Positions 1 to 9,155 of a stretch of 36,207 bases of DNA are shown in pieces. This stretch comes from a bacterium. GTDB lineage: Bacteria > SZUA-182 > DTGQ01 > JAFGSM01. Every line of letters starts with the position of its first letter. The stretch's first letter is position 1. The position numbers and the translations under genes are program-made. The stretch covers positions 1 to 36,207 of the forward strand of contig JBLIRP010000033.1 in NCBI GenBank assembly GCA_049472355.1. The letters are read 5' to 3'. Under the pieces are notes generated by a model. It worked only from the letters and a program-made list of their open reading frames with translations. It searched no databases and had not been told where the DNA came from.

Positions 1-184
1 CCAATAGGCCTGCGAGCTCCTCGGTAGCGAGTTGCGTGGTCTTGATATCCTTGGAGTTGAGTCTAAGCCTATTCACCATCTTGGCAAGATTTCGATGAGA
101 AAGTGCCGAGGCAATGATTACCCTAAGATCGTGGCAATCGAGTGATTCTTTGATTTGGTCATATTTTTCCATTCGATTCTGCAT
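1..184 (-). CDS. Hypothetical protein, 5' part only (runs off the window start)
   Basis: ATG at 184 (minus strand) preceded by purine-rich AAGGGGGATGAAAGAGT. The frame stays open to base 1: MQNRMEKYDQIKESLDCHDLRVIIASALSHRNLAKMVNRLRLNSKDIKTTQLATEELAGLL. Same strand as surE and dnaN. Not in the ORF track. Confidence 0.6.
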   Translation of the reverse strand, partial: MQNRMEKYDQIKESLDCHDLRVIIASALSHRNLAKMVNRLRLNSKDIKTTQLATEELAGLL

Positions 185-379
185 ACTCTTTCATCCCCCT
201 TTACATGCACTGGGCAGATACGGGGGAGATGGTGACGAAATCATTTTATTGAGGTATCTACTACATTTCCTTAATCGTCCGAAACGATCGGACGGTTTTG
301 TGATCTGTCCTGCATCCCATAGCCGCACATCAGGTGAGTGCTCGGCAATGGGCGTCAGAGGGCTATTGTGAACGTACAG

Positions 380-1174
380 CTACCTTTCGAGCGATATATT
401 CCACCCCTTTAACTGATCGATGTAGTGATGATTCGTAAGATCGGTAGATAGGGGCGTTATCGAGATATACCCCCTTTTTACCGCAATATAATCCAGGCTA
501 TCACCTCCCTCCGATGCGATCTCTTCGATGTCGCCGGCAAGCCAATAGTATACCTTTTCCCTCGGATCGATCCTTTTGTGAAATCGATCCCTGAAAATAC
601 TCTGTCCCTGTTGTGTTATTGCAATGCCCTGTATGTCTGATTTGGAACAGGCGGGAAAATTTATATTCAGAAGGGTCTGGTGGGGAAGCCCCCTTTCCAT
701 AACCATTCCGGCCAAATACGCACTGAATTCCGCAGGAAAGGAAAAAACGGCATGCGGCAGTGCCTTCTCTCCGGCATGTGGTTTCACTTCCACCGAAACG
801 GCGAGGGCGGGAAGTCCGAGTATGGCGCCCTCCATGGCACCCGATACCGTACCGGAGTAAATGACGTGGGTTCCGGTATTCAAACCCGTGTTGATCCCGG
901 CAACAACAAGGTCCGCCCTTTCCTTCATAATGGTTCCCAGGGCGATCTTTACGCAATCGGCCGGGGTGCCGTTGACAGCATAGCCGAATACCTCATCCCC
1001 TTTGATCACCTCGTGTATCCTGAGGGGATGGCTTATGGTGATGGAATGGCCTGCTGCGCTTCGTTCGGTTTCAGGGGCGACCACGGTTACCTCTCCCAGG
1101 TTTCGCAATGCCGCAACCAGGACCGTCAACCCAGGGGAGTGAATCCCGTCGTCATTGGTTACAAGGATGTGCAT
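380..1174 (-). CDS. surE: 5'/3'-nucleotidase SurE
   Basis: MHILVTNDDG start, SAAGHSIT, NGTPADCV, GINTGLN..YSGTV and NINFP motifs. Start moved to the ATG at 1174 behind a CAGGGGG RBS. Confidence 0.95.
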   Translation of the reverse strand: MHILVTNDDGIHSPGLTVLVAALRNLGEVTVVAPETERSAAGHSITISHPLRIHEVIKGDEVFGYAVNGTPADCVKIALGTIMKERADLVVAGINTGLNTGTHVIYSGTVSGAMEGAILGLPALAVSVEVKPHAGEKALPHAVFSFPAEFSAYLAGMVMERGLPHQTLLNINFPACSKSDIQGIAITQQGQSIFRDRFHKRIDPREKVYYWLAGDIEEIASEGGDSLDYIAVKRGYISITPLSTDLTNHHYIDQLKGWNISLER

Positions 1175-1273
1175 GTCCGTGTCTACCCCCTGAAAAAATG
1201 GGCATGAATTCATTATGCCATGTGCGCATTACTACAGCGTCTCAACACGGAAGTGAGGGTAGAGGATTCCCAA

Positions 1274-2419
1274 TCAGAGCCTCACCGGCATGATAATGAA
1301 TTTGACGTTTTCATTATCACGAGGCTTCATAATGGCCAAGGATTCATTATCGCTCATCTCGAGAACGACGTCCGTACCATCGATGACGCCGAGAAAGTCG
1401 AGAATATACTTAGGATTGAAGCCGATTTCCAACGGTTCACCCTGGTATTCAATCTCAATTTCGTCGTGGGCATCCCCTACCTCTGCGCTTTCCGAATCGA
1501 GAGTCAAGCTGCCGGGCGCCAGTTTGAAGAGTATGAACCATTCCCTCTTCTCGGTAATCAGTGAAACGCGCCTGACCGCCTGCCGAAACCGCTCCCTGTC
1601 GATAATCGCCCGTTTATCGTTTTCTACGGTGATCGGGCCCTTATAATCCGGGAATTTATGTTCCAGGAGTCGGGCAAAAAACTGGATGTCTGGCAATGAG
1701 AACACACAATGGTTGCCCGTGAGCCCGATCTTTACCGTTTCTTCGGAATCTTCCGCCGTGGCGCCTTTTCCCTTGCCCTTCTCCCAGTCAGTCAGAATCT
1801 TTGGCAGCTCATCCAGCAGTTTTTTGGGCAGGACCATGGTGGAACGAAACGGCAGGCCGATCTTTTCAGTATAGATATAGGCCATTCGATGGCCGTCGGT
1901 TCCAACGCTCTCCATGCCCTTGTCAGTGACTGCAAAAAGGGCGCCGGCCGGTGCATTGTACAGCTTTTGTTCAACGGCCGGCACCGCCACATTGACCTTG
2001 ACAATCATATCCAGAAGGATTCCCAGGTTGATGGGATGAAGACTTTTGACATCAATCTCCGGAAACGGGGGAAATTCATCGGCGGCAATACCTGGAACGT
2101 GGAATACGGAATGCAGACATTGCAGCCGGAGTCGATTGTTTTCTTCGAGCTTCATGCTGATGGATGACTTTTCCGGGAGTTCCCGCACAATATCATACAC
2201 TACCCGTGCGGGGAGACAGATTGCGCCCTTGTCTGCGACTTCGGCGTCGATAAGGATCTTCAGCCCTACATCCAAATCGGTGGCGGACATGTATATTCCA
2301 TCCTCGGTGGCCTCGAGCATAAAACTGGATAGTATGGGCTTTGTCCCCTTAATAGGCGTAATACTTTGTATTTTTTGAACTTCTTTTAAAAAGGCCTCTC
2401 TGCTTATGCTAAGCTTCAT
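1274..2419 (-). CDS. dnaN: DNA polymerase III beta sliding clamp
   Basis: MKLSISREAFL, ATDLD, GTDGHRM, FPDY, IGFNPKYILD and C-terminal IIMPVRL. Start moved to the ATG at 2419 (AAGGGG RBS). Confidence 0.95.
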   Translation of the reverse strand: MKLSISREAFLKEVQKIQSITPIKGTKPILSSFMLEATEDGIYMSATDLDVGLKILIDAEVADKGAICLPARVVYDIVRELPEKSSISMKLEENNRLRLQCLHSVFHVPGIAADEFPPFPEIDVKSLHPINLGILLDMIVKVNVAVPAVEQKLYNAPAGALFAVTDKGMESVGTDGHRMAYIYTEKIGLPFRSTMVLPKKLLDELPKILTDWEKGKGKGATAEDSEETVKIGLTGNHCVFSLPDIQFFARLLEHKFPDYKGPITVENDKRAIIDRERFRQAVRRVSLITEKREWFILFKLAPGSLTLDSESAEVGDAHDEIEIEYQGEPLEIGFNPKYILDFLGVIDGTDVVLEMSDNESLAIMKPRDNENVKFIIMPVRL

Positions 2420-2633
2420 GATCAACCCCTTATTCCAATCGGTAGGAGGTGACAGCCATTTCGCACCATATGATTCCCCTTCGCATCCGGTCGCACATGG
2501 GTGTGAACGGGCCATTGACATGGCGTGCGTGTGTGCGCCGGACCATTCATACCATAGTATACACCATTGAAAGAATATTTACACCTTCTTTCCTCACCAT
2601 ACGTCAAGAGGAAGCGGGCGCCGAATCGCCCCG

Positions 2634-3692
2634 TCATTGTGAATAGATGGTCGGGAAGGGCAGCGGCCGCGCATGGGAAGCCGACGGCAGGGGAAGGATG
2701 AGCTGATCTTCAACGGCTACCCAGCGATAGTCCGGATTCAATTCCCTGAGTTTTCCATCCGCAGGCGGCAGGGAATGAGGGGTCCTTGAATAGATAACCA
2801 TGAAGATCACCACCGATTCCCCCTTTTCCTCATTGACCACGTATCGTTTTTTAAACTGGTCCCCCTTCAGTTTATGCGCCTGGCGCAGTACATTGATATC
2901 ATCCTTATTCAATTTCATCAAGGCATACCGGTGGATTCTCGTACTATCGATCTTGGTCATGGTGCGCGATTCCTTGCTCGTGGTATAGACGGAATACAGC
3001 AGATTCTCGCGTGAAAGGTACTGGCTCGCCACGACCGCCGCACTTCGCCGACCGCCCACCGTATGATGAAATCCATAGTATTCAAAGAGCTTCTGTTGCA
3101 TCAGCTCGGCATATTTTTCACCCTTTTCGTACAGATCCTTCGATATATAGCGCAGATTTTTGGCAAGGTCCTCGGCTGCGTCACTTATGGGCCAGTCCAG
3201 TTTGACATGGAAATGGGAGAGGATGTACCTCGTTCTCGTCTTTATGGTTGGATCCTGCTGTATCATAAGGGCATAATCCACCGGAAGCATTGAATAAAAG
3301 AACTTGCCGAAGCCCGGTGAATCGAAGTATTTTATATTTTGAGAAAAGTCAGGGCTGATCTTGAAGTCGACGATATTTTGAAAATTTTCCTTGACCAGCT
3401 TGTTGTCCGAAAGGAATCGGATGTATTTTTTGTGCTTGTTGTGCAGCGTACCCTCATAGTAAAGCACCAGAAAGCAGTTTTGATATTCATATTCCCTGTC
3501 AATGACCTTTGCCTTCGGTTTCAATTCGCGTTTTTCCACAAAGGGATAGGGATAATTATTGACCAGGAAATTCTGATATGAATCGAGCAGTGCATATTTA
3601 ATGAGGCAGCGTTCCATCTCATTTCCCACCAATCTATACAGCAACCTGCGTATCTTCTCATTATGGCTGAGCAGTTCATTTTTGAGTACCAT
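2634..3692 (-). CDS. Hypothetical protein (352 aa), function not recognised
   Basis: Long ORF with natural globular composition and an AAGGA RBS upstream of the ATG. No family motif recognised. Confidence 0.85.
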   Translation of the reverse strand: MVLKNELLSHNEKIRRLLYRLVGNEMERCLIKYALLDSYQNFLVNNYPYPFVEKRELKPKAKVIDREYEYQNCFLVLYYEGTLHNKHKKYIRFLSDNKLVKENFQNIVDFKISPDFSQNIKYFDSPGFGKFFYSMLPVDYALMIQQDPTIKTRTRYILSHFHVKLDWPISDAAEDLAKNLRYISKDLYEKGEKYAELMQQKLFEYYGFHHTVGGRRSAAVVASQYLSRENLLYSVYTTSKESRTMTKIDSTRIHRYALMKLNKDDINVLRQAHKLKGDQFKKRYVVNEEKGESVVIFMVIYSRTPHSLPPADGKLRELNPDYRWVAVEDQLILPLPSASHARPLPFPTIYSQ

Positions 3693-3881
3693 ATATATAT
3701 CCTTGTTTTTTATTAATTATTCGAAAAATAACGCACGTGTGAGCCGAGCGGCCTCCCCCCCTGTGATGCCGTTTTAAGGGTAAACATGTAAGTTATTTAT
3801 TATAAGGTATCAAACCGATTTACTCAAGCATTTTATTGAATCAAGCGATGCTGCGCCCGGTGGATCACAATTCTTCGTCAT

Positions 3882-3910
3882 TTGACAGACGGAATGTGCC
3901 ATGTTATCTT
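3882..3910 (+). promoter_or_regulatory. Sigma70-type promoter of purA
   Basis: TTGACA (3882-3887), 17-bp spacer, TG.TATCTT extended -10 (3905-3910), about 100 bp upstream of purA. Confidence 0.65.
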
Positions 3911-4014
3911 TACACGAGATCTCTGAAAGAGCGGTGTGTGTCAAGCACTTTCATGGATGCCTGCCTTTATAAGTTCTTCGATGAACTTGGTGCAATCATG
4001 AACTGGAGAATCGA

Positions 4015-5325
4015 ATGGCGAATATTGTGGTGATAGGGACCCAATGGGGTGATGAGGGAAAGGGAAAGATCATCGATCTGCTCGCACGGCATTTCGATAT
4101 CATCGCCCGTTTTCAAGGCGGACACAACGCAGGTCATACCGTGTATCTGGGTGAAAACAAATACATACTCCATCTTATCCCCACCGGCGTCCTCCATGCA
4201 GGCAAGGTATGTATCATAGGCAACGGCGTGGTGGTGGATCCCTCCGCCCTGATCGCGGAGATCGAGGACCTGGAAAAAAGGGGGGTGCCGATTAAAGAAA
4301 ATCTCATGATCAGCGAGCGTGCCCACCTCATCATGCCCTATCACAAAACAGTCGAACACCTTCGTGAAACGGCCAGGGGGGACAGGCGGATCGGCACCAC
4401 CGGCAGGGGGATCGGGCCATCCTATGAAAATAAGATGGCCCGCACGGGGATCTGTATGGGGGACCTAAGGGACGAAGAACTTCTCGTCAGGAAGCTCAGC
4501 CTCAACATAGAGGAGCTCAACAGGACCCTTGAGCACATCTACGGTGAATCACCCCTTGACCTTGCCCTCGTCAAGAACGTACTCCTGGATCAGGCTGAAC
4601 GGATCAAGGGATATATCCATGACACCTCCCTTTTCATCAAAAACGCCCTGGATGATGGAAAGTCCATCCTCATGGAGGGTGCCCAGGGGACGATGCTCGA
4701 TATCGACCACGGCACCTACCCATTCGTCACCTCATCCAACTGTGTGGCATCCAATGCATGCACGGGATTGGGAATCGGGATGTCCCGGGTAGACGGGGTG
4801 CTCGGTGTGGTGAAGGCGTATACCACGAGGGTCGGCAATGGGCCTTTCCCCACCGAATTGTTCGATGAGGATGGGGAGATATTGCAGCAGCAGGGGAATG
4901 AATTCGGCGCCACCACAGGCCGGAGGCGGCGGTGCGGCTGGTTTGATTCTGTCGTGGCCCGCTATGCGGTCAGGATCAACGGGATACATACCCTCGCACT
5001 GACCAAGCTGGATGTCCTGGATACGCTCCCCTCCATAAAGGTGTGCGTGGGATACCGGTGGAAAGGGGATGTCTTTACCGAATTCCCCTATGATCCGCGT
5101 ATCATCACCGAAGGCGAACCGGTATACAAGTCTATGAAAGGGTGGCAGAAAAAAAGCAGTGGTTGCATCGACCATGCCCTCCTTCCCCGGGAGGCGAAGG
5201 ACTATATCCGCTTCCTGGAGGACATCCTCGAAACCCCCATATCCCTTATTTCCACTGGATCGGATCGTGATACCACCATATGGGTTGAAGGCTCTCCCCT
5301 TGAAAGTTGGATCGTTCGGAAATAA
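4015..5325 (+). CDS. purA: Adenylosuccinate synthetase
   Basis: GTQWGDEGKGK, FQGGHNAGHT, IGTTGRGIGP, EGAQG, YPFVTSS, EFGATTGRRRRCGW and LTKLDVL motifs. Confidence 0.98.
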   Translation: MANIVVIGTQWGDEGKGKIIDLLARHFDIIARFQGGHNAGHTVYLGENKYILHLIPTGVLHAGKVCIIGNGVVVDPSALIAEIEDLEKRGVPIKENLMISERAHLIMPYHKTVEHLRETARGDRRIGTTGRGIGPSYENKMARTGICMGDLRDEELLVRKLSLNIEELNRTLEHIYGESPLDLALVKNVLLDQAERIKGYIHDTSLFIKNALDDGKSILMEGAQGTMLDIDHGTYPFVTSSNCVASNACTGLGIGMSRVDGVLGVVKAYTTRVGNGPFPTELFDEDGEILQQQGNEFGATTGRRRRCGWFDSVVARYAVRINGIHTLALTKLDVLDTLPSIKVCVGYRWKGDVFTEFPYDPRIITEGEPVYKSMKGWQKKSSGCIDHALLPREAKDYIRFLEDILETPISLISTGSDRDTTIWVEGSPLESWIVRK

Positions 5326-5327
5326 CA

Positions 5328-5356
5328 TTGACATGAAATCCCAATGAGGCTATAAT
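5328..5356 (+). promoter_or_regulatory. Consensus sigma70 promoter of the tRNA pair
   Basis: Perfect TTGACA (5328-5333), 17-bp spacer, TATAAT (5351-5356), immediately upstream of tRNA-Lys. Confidence 0.9.
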
Positions 5357-5389
5357 TTAGGTCTTTTATTATATTTGGGAAATGGGTGA

Positions 5390-5465
5390 GAGCCGTTAGC
5401 TCAGTCGGTAGAGCATCTGCCTTTTAAGCAGAGGGTCGCTGGTTCGATCCCAGCACGGCTCACCA
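5390..5465 (+). tRNA. tRNA-Lys (UUU)
   Basis: Acceptor stem GAGCCGT/ACGGCTC, D arm AGCTCAGTCGGTAGAGC, anticodon arm TCTGC-CTTTTAA-GCAGA, T loop GGTTCGATCC, encoded CCA. 76 nt. Confidence 0.97.
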
Positions 5466-5476
5466 GCATTATAAGC

Positions 5477-5554
5477 GTCCCCATCGTCTAGCCCGGTCAA
5501 GGACATCGCCCTTTCACGGCGACGACGGGGGTTCGAATCCCCCTGGGGACGCCA
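5477..5554 (+). tRNA. tRNA-Glu (UUC)
   Basis: Acceptor stem GTCCCCA/TGGGGAC, anticodon arm TCGCC-CTTTCAC-GGCGA, T loop GGTTCGAATCC, encoded CCA. Confidence 0.97.
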
Positions 5555-5953
5555 ACTCATTTTTCATGGTGAAAACGATCTTTCTGTATGCAGTTCCCTT
5601 CTATGAAGAATGCGGATATGGAATCCGTGCACCAATCGTCAATGATCACAAACGGATCATATCCGCCGAATGCATAAAGGAATGGCTGCCTCACTCAATG
5701 GAATGAGCACCTGCTCAATATCTTTTGGGTTATGGGGAAGGTGGGGGCGCCTGTGTGCAAGGAAGCTGAAACATGAGGTGCACCCCCTTCCCGCACGATA
5801 GAGAACAATTACTCGAATGAAGATCTCAATGATACACGACACGAATTGCTCCCGGGGATGGCGCACATTTCCGCACCATGCATCATGTCTGATTGTATGA
5901 AATCCGCTCGATACCAAGGGTAATCGAAGGCCTTTGAAAGGGGGAAAAACATC

Positions 5954-7114
5954 ATGGGTATGTGGGTAGGCAGGGGCCGGAAGGCCAGGCGGTGCTATGG
6001 ATTCGACGATATCGCCCTGGTGCCGGGAAGGGTGACCATAAATCCAAACGAGGTTGATATCTCCTGGGAGATCAAGGGGAGAAGGTTCGGGCTTCCCTTT
6101 CTCGCCGCAGCCATGGACGGCGTGGTGGATACGAAGTTGGCGACAGCGATGGGCCGCCTGGGGGGACTCGCCGTCCTCAATCTGGAGGGGGTGCAAACCA
6201 GGTACGAGGACCCCAACAGTATCCTTGACGAGATTGCATCGGCGAGCAACGAGGATGCGACGAAGATCATCCAGAACATTTACACCAGGCCGATCAAGGA
6301 GGAACTGATCGGCAAGAGGATACAGGAGATCAAGGCAGGGAAGGCGCCTGCGGTGGTATCCGCCATTCCCACCCGGTCGTATCAGTTTGCCCACATCGCC
6401 CAGGAGGCCGGTGCGGATATCTTCGTCATCCAGTCCACGGTCCTCACCGTGCAGCACATAAGCACGGAATACGAGGTGGCCAACCTCAAGACGCTGTGCG
6501 AGGAGATCAAGATACCCATCATCGCCGGCAACTGCGTCACCTATGAGGTTGCCCTCGACCTCATGGAGCAGGGGGTGGATGCGCTCCTGATCGGGGTGGG
6601 GCCCGGTGCCGCCTGCACCACCAGGGGGGTCCTCGGAATCGGTGTGCCCCAGGTGACCGCCACCTGTGATGCGGCCGCTGCCCGCGACTTTCACTATAAA
6701 AAGAGCGGACGGTACGTCCCCATCATCACCGACGGGGGGATGAGCGTGGGAGGCGACGTGTGCAAGGCGATCGCGTGCGGGGCGGACGCGGTCATGATCG
6801 GGTCCGCATTCGCCAGGGCCAAGGAGGCCCCCGGCAGGGGACATCACTGGGGAATGGCCACCCCCCATGCCAATCTTCCCCGGGGTACCCGCATCCATGT
6901 CGGCACCACCGGAACTTTGGAGCAGATCCTCTACGGACCAGCGGCCCTGGATGACGGCTCCCAGAACCTGGTGGGCGCCCTGAAAACGGCGATGGGGAAC
7001 TGCGGCGCCACGAATATCAGGGAGATGCAGATGACCGAGCTGATCATCGCACCCGCCATAAAGACGGAGGGCAAGGTGTTTCAGAAGTTTCAGCGGGTGG
7101 GTATGGGTAAGTAA
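5954..7114 (+). CDS. guaB3: GuaB3-family IMP dehydrogenase (no CBS domains)
   Basis: N-terminus [20 protein letters not shown] is typical of the GuaB3 clade. Also AAAMDGVV, catalytic loop [21 protein letters not shown] and NLPRGTRI. 386 aa, directly upstream of guaA. Confidence 0.9.
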   Translation: MGMWVGRGRKARRCYGFDDIALVPGRVTINPNEVDISWEIKGRRFGLPFLAAAMDGVVDTKLATAMGRLGGLAVLNLEGVQTRYEDPNSILDEIASASNEDATKIIQNIYTRPIKEELIGKRIQEIKAGKAPAVVSAIPTRSYQFAHIAQEAGADIFVIQSTVLTVQHISTEYEVANLKTLCEEIKIPIIAGNCVTYEVALDLMEQGVDALLIGVGPGAACTTRGVLGIGVPQVTATCDAAAARDFHYKKSGRYVPIITDGGMSVGGDVCKAIACGADAVMIGSAFARAKEAPGRGHHWGMATPHANLPRGTRIHVGTTGTLEQILYGPAALDDGSQNLVGALKTAMGNCGATNIREMQMTELIIAPAIKTEGKVFQKFQRVGMGK

Positions 7115-7117
7115 TCC

Positions 7118-8665
7118 ATGAACATCCATGCGGAAAAGATCATCATCCTCGACTTCGGCTCCCAGTACAGCCAGCTCATCGCCCGGAGGGTACGGGAAAA
7201 CAGGGTGTATTGCGAGATCCTTCCCTATACCACCCCCTACGAGGAGATCAAGCGGCAGTGTCCCAAGGGGATCATCCTTTCCGGGGGTCCCCACAGCGTG
7301 TATGAGACCGAGGCGCCCCTTCCCGACACCAGGATTCTCGGAGGGGAGTTTCCCATTCTGGGCATCTGCTACGGTATGCAGCTTCTCGCCTTCATGCTGG
7401 GCGGGAAGGTCCTGAAGGCCCAGCGGAGGGAGTACGGACACGCGCGGCTGCGGATTGCCGAATATGCCGACCTCTTTTACGGATTCGACCAGGGCACGCA
7501 TCAGGTATGGATGAGCCACGCCGACCGGGTCGTTGAACCCCCTTCCGGCTTCATCTCCATCGCAACAACGGAAAACTCGCAAACCGCCGTCATGAGGGAC
7601 AAGGAGAAACCGATCTTCGGTGTCCAGTTTCATCCGGAGGTCGCCCACACCCCCGACGGCGATCGTATCATTCAGAATTACCTCTTTCGCATTTGTGACT
7701 GCCACCCCACCTGGACCATGGCCTCCTTTATTGACTATACGGTCGAGGAGATCAGAAAACGGGCGGGGACATCCAAGGTGATCTGCGCCCTGAGCGGCGG
7801 GGTTGATTCCTCGGTGACCTCCCTCATGATTCATAAGGCGATCGGAAACCAGCTTACCTGCATCTTCGTCAACAACGGCCTTTTGAGAATGGGGGAGGAG
7901 TGGAAGGTCCGCCAGACCTTTGAGGAGTACTTTCACATCAATCTGGTGTATGTGGACGCCGAGGGGCGTTTCCTCACCAGGCTGCAGGGGGTGACCGATC
8001 CCGAGCAGAAACGGAAGATCATCGGCAACGAGTTCATATTCCTCTTCGAGGAGGAGGCAAAGAAGATCCCCGGCGTGGAGTTCCTGGCCCAGGGCACCCT
8101 CTATCCCGATGTCATCGAGAGTGTTTCCGTCAAGGGCCCCTCGGCCACCATAAAGTCCCACCACAATGTAGGGGGGCTGCCCGAAAAGATGCACCTGAAG
8201 CTCATCGAACCCTTGCGGGAGCTGTTCAAGGACGAGGTGAGGATGGTGGGACGGGAGCTCGGGTTGCCCGAAGAGATCATCAACCGCCAGCCCTTTCCCG
8301 GTCCGGGCCTCGCGATCAGGGTCCTCGGCGAGGTCACGCAGCAGCGGCTGGAGATCCTGCGCCAGGCCGATGCCATTGTAATGGAAGAGATCAAGGATGC
8401 CGGGTTATACGAGAAGATATGGCAGTCCTTCGCCGTGTTGCTCCCTGTCCGGACCGTCGGGGTGATGGGCGACGAACGCACCTACGACCACGTAATCGCG
8501 CTGCGGGCGGTGACCAGCCAGGACGGGATGACTGCGGATTGGGTCAGGCTCCCCTATGATCTCATGGGGAGCATTTCCAACCGGATCATCAACGAGGTGG
8601 CGGGGGTCAACCGGGTGGTGTATGATTTGAGCTCCAAGCCGCCGAGCACCATCGAGTGGGAGTAA
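7118..8665 (+). CDS. guaA: GMP synthase (glutamine-hydrolysing)
   Basis: [44 protein letters not shown] and C-terminal KPPSTIEWE. Confidence 0.98.
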   Translation: MNIHAEKIIILDFGSQYSQLIARRVRENRVYCEILPYTTPYEEIKRQCPKGIILSGGPHSVYETEAPLPDTRILGGEFPILGICYGMQLLAFMLGGKVLKAQRREYGHARLRIAEYADLFYGFDQGTHQVWMSHADRVVEPPSGFISIATTENSQTAVMRDKEKPIFGVQFHPEVAHTPDGDRIIQNYLFRICDCHPTWTMASFIDYTVEEIRKRAGTSKVICALSGGVDSSVTSLMIHKAIGNQLTCIFVNNGLLRMGEEWKVRQTFEEYFHINLVYVDAEGRFLTRLQGVTDPEQKRKIIGNEFIFLFEEEAKKIPGVEFLAQGTLYPDVIESVSVKGPSATIKSHHNVGGLPEKMHLKLIEPLRELFKDEVRMVGRELGLPEEIINRQPFPGPGLAIRVLGEVTQQRLEILRQADAIVMEEIKDAGLYEKIWQSFAVLLPVRTVGVMGDERTYDHVIALRAVTSQDGMTADWVRLPYDLMGSISNRIINEVAGVNRVVYDLSSKPPSTIEWE

Positions 8666-8740
8666 CCCCGACCCGCAGGGATCTTCGGCGAGGTGTATGC
8701 AGCCGCTTGCGGGCCCCCTCGGCTGAGTGCTGATCCGATC

Positions 8741-8890
8741 ATGGCGGAAAAGGCGGAGACAACCACGGTTCAGGGTATCTTCGCGGCAGGGGAGGTGACC
8801 GATGTGTAGGCAAAGCAGATCATCGTTGCCTGCGGCGAGGGAGCCAGGGCAGCGTTGCGGGCATTTGATTATATCAGTAAAAACAGGTAA
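8741..8890 (+). pseudogene. Remnant of the C-terminus of a thioredoxin reductase/AhpF-type FAD oxidoreductase
   Basis: Translates to [48 protein letters not shown], matching the TrxB/AhpF tail (T..PGIFAAGDVT...KQI..A.GEG..AA..A..Y). In-frame TAG at 8807-8809, GD changed to GE, and the rest of the gene is absent. Confidence 0.8.
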
Positions 8891-8973
8891 AAAGGATAGG
8901 GATTGAATGTCATGCAATTGCTCAATACCACAGGATATTGAGCAGTTACAATACCACCAAAGGAGGATTGACC

Positions 8974-9135
8974 ATGGATCGATATGTATGTGTCGTCTGC
9001 GGTTATGTGTATGATCCGGAGGAAGGCGACCCCGATTCGGGGGTCGAGCCGGGAACCCCCTTTGTGGATCTCCCGGACGACTGGGTATGCCCGGTATGCG
9101 GGGCCACCAAGGATCAATTCGAGAAAGAGGAGTAA
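8974..9135 (+). CDS. Rubredoxin (53 aa)
   Basis: [10 protein letters not shown]...[16 protein letters not shown] with two CxxC motifs. AAGGAGG RBS before the ATG at 8974. Confidence 0.97.
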   Translation: MDRYVCVVCGYVYDPEEGDPDSGVEPGTPFVDLPDDWVCPVCGATKDQFEKEE

Positions 9136-9155
9136 TAGGGTAGGGATCACGCACC

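Noticed and set aside
276..294. Hairpin CGTCCGA-N5-TCGGACG as a surE terminator
   Set aside because: No U-tract follows on the minus strand, so intrinsic termination is unsupported.
5735..5792. SRP (4.5S) RNA, suggested by AAGGAAGC in a hairpin
   Set aside because: Lacks the CAGG..GNRA helix-8 geometry of SRP RNA.
5657..8194. 845-aa minus-strand ORF
   Set aside because: Antisense shadow of guaB3-guaA with no motifs; typical of GC-rich codon bias.
8807..8809. In-frame TAG as pyrrolysine or recoded stop
   Set aside because: It lies in a truncated fragment with another damaging change, and TAG terminates intact genes here (surE, dnaE, the dead KS).
5390..8973. Prophage or genomic island at the tRNAs or the guaA 3' end
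   Set aside because: No integrase and no duplicated tRNA or guaA 3' end (att site) was seen in the window.
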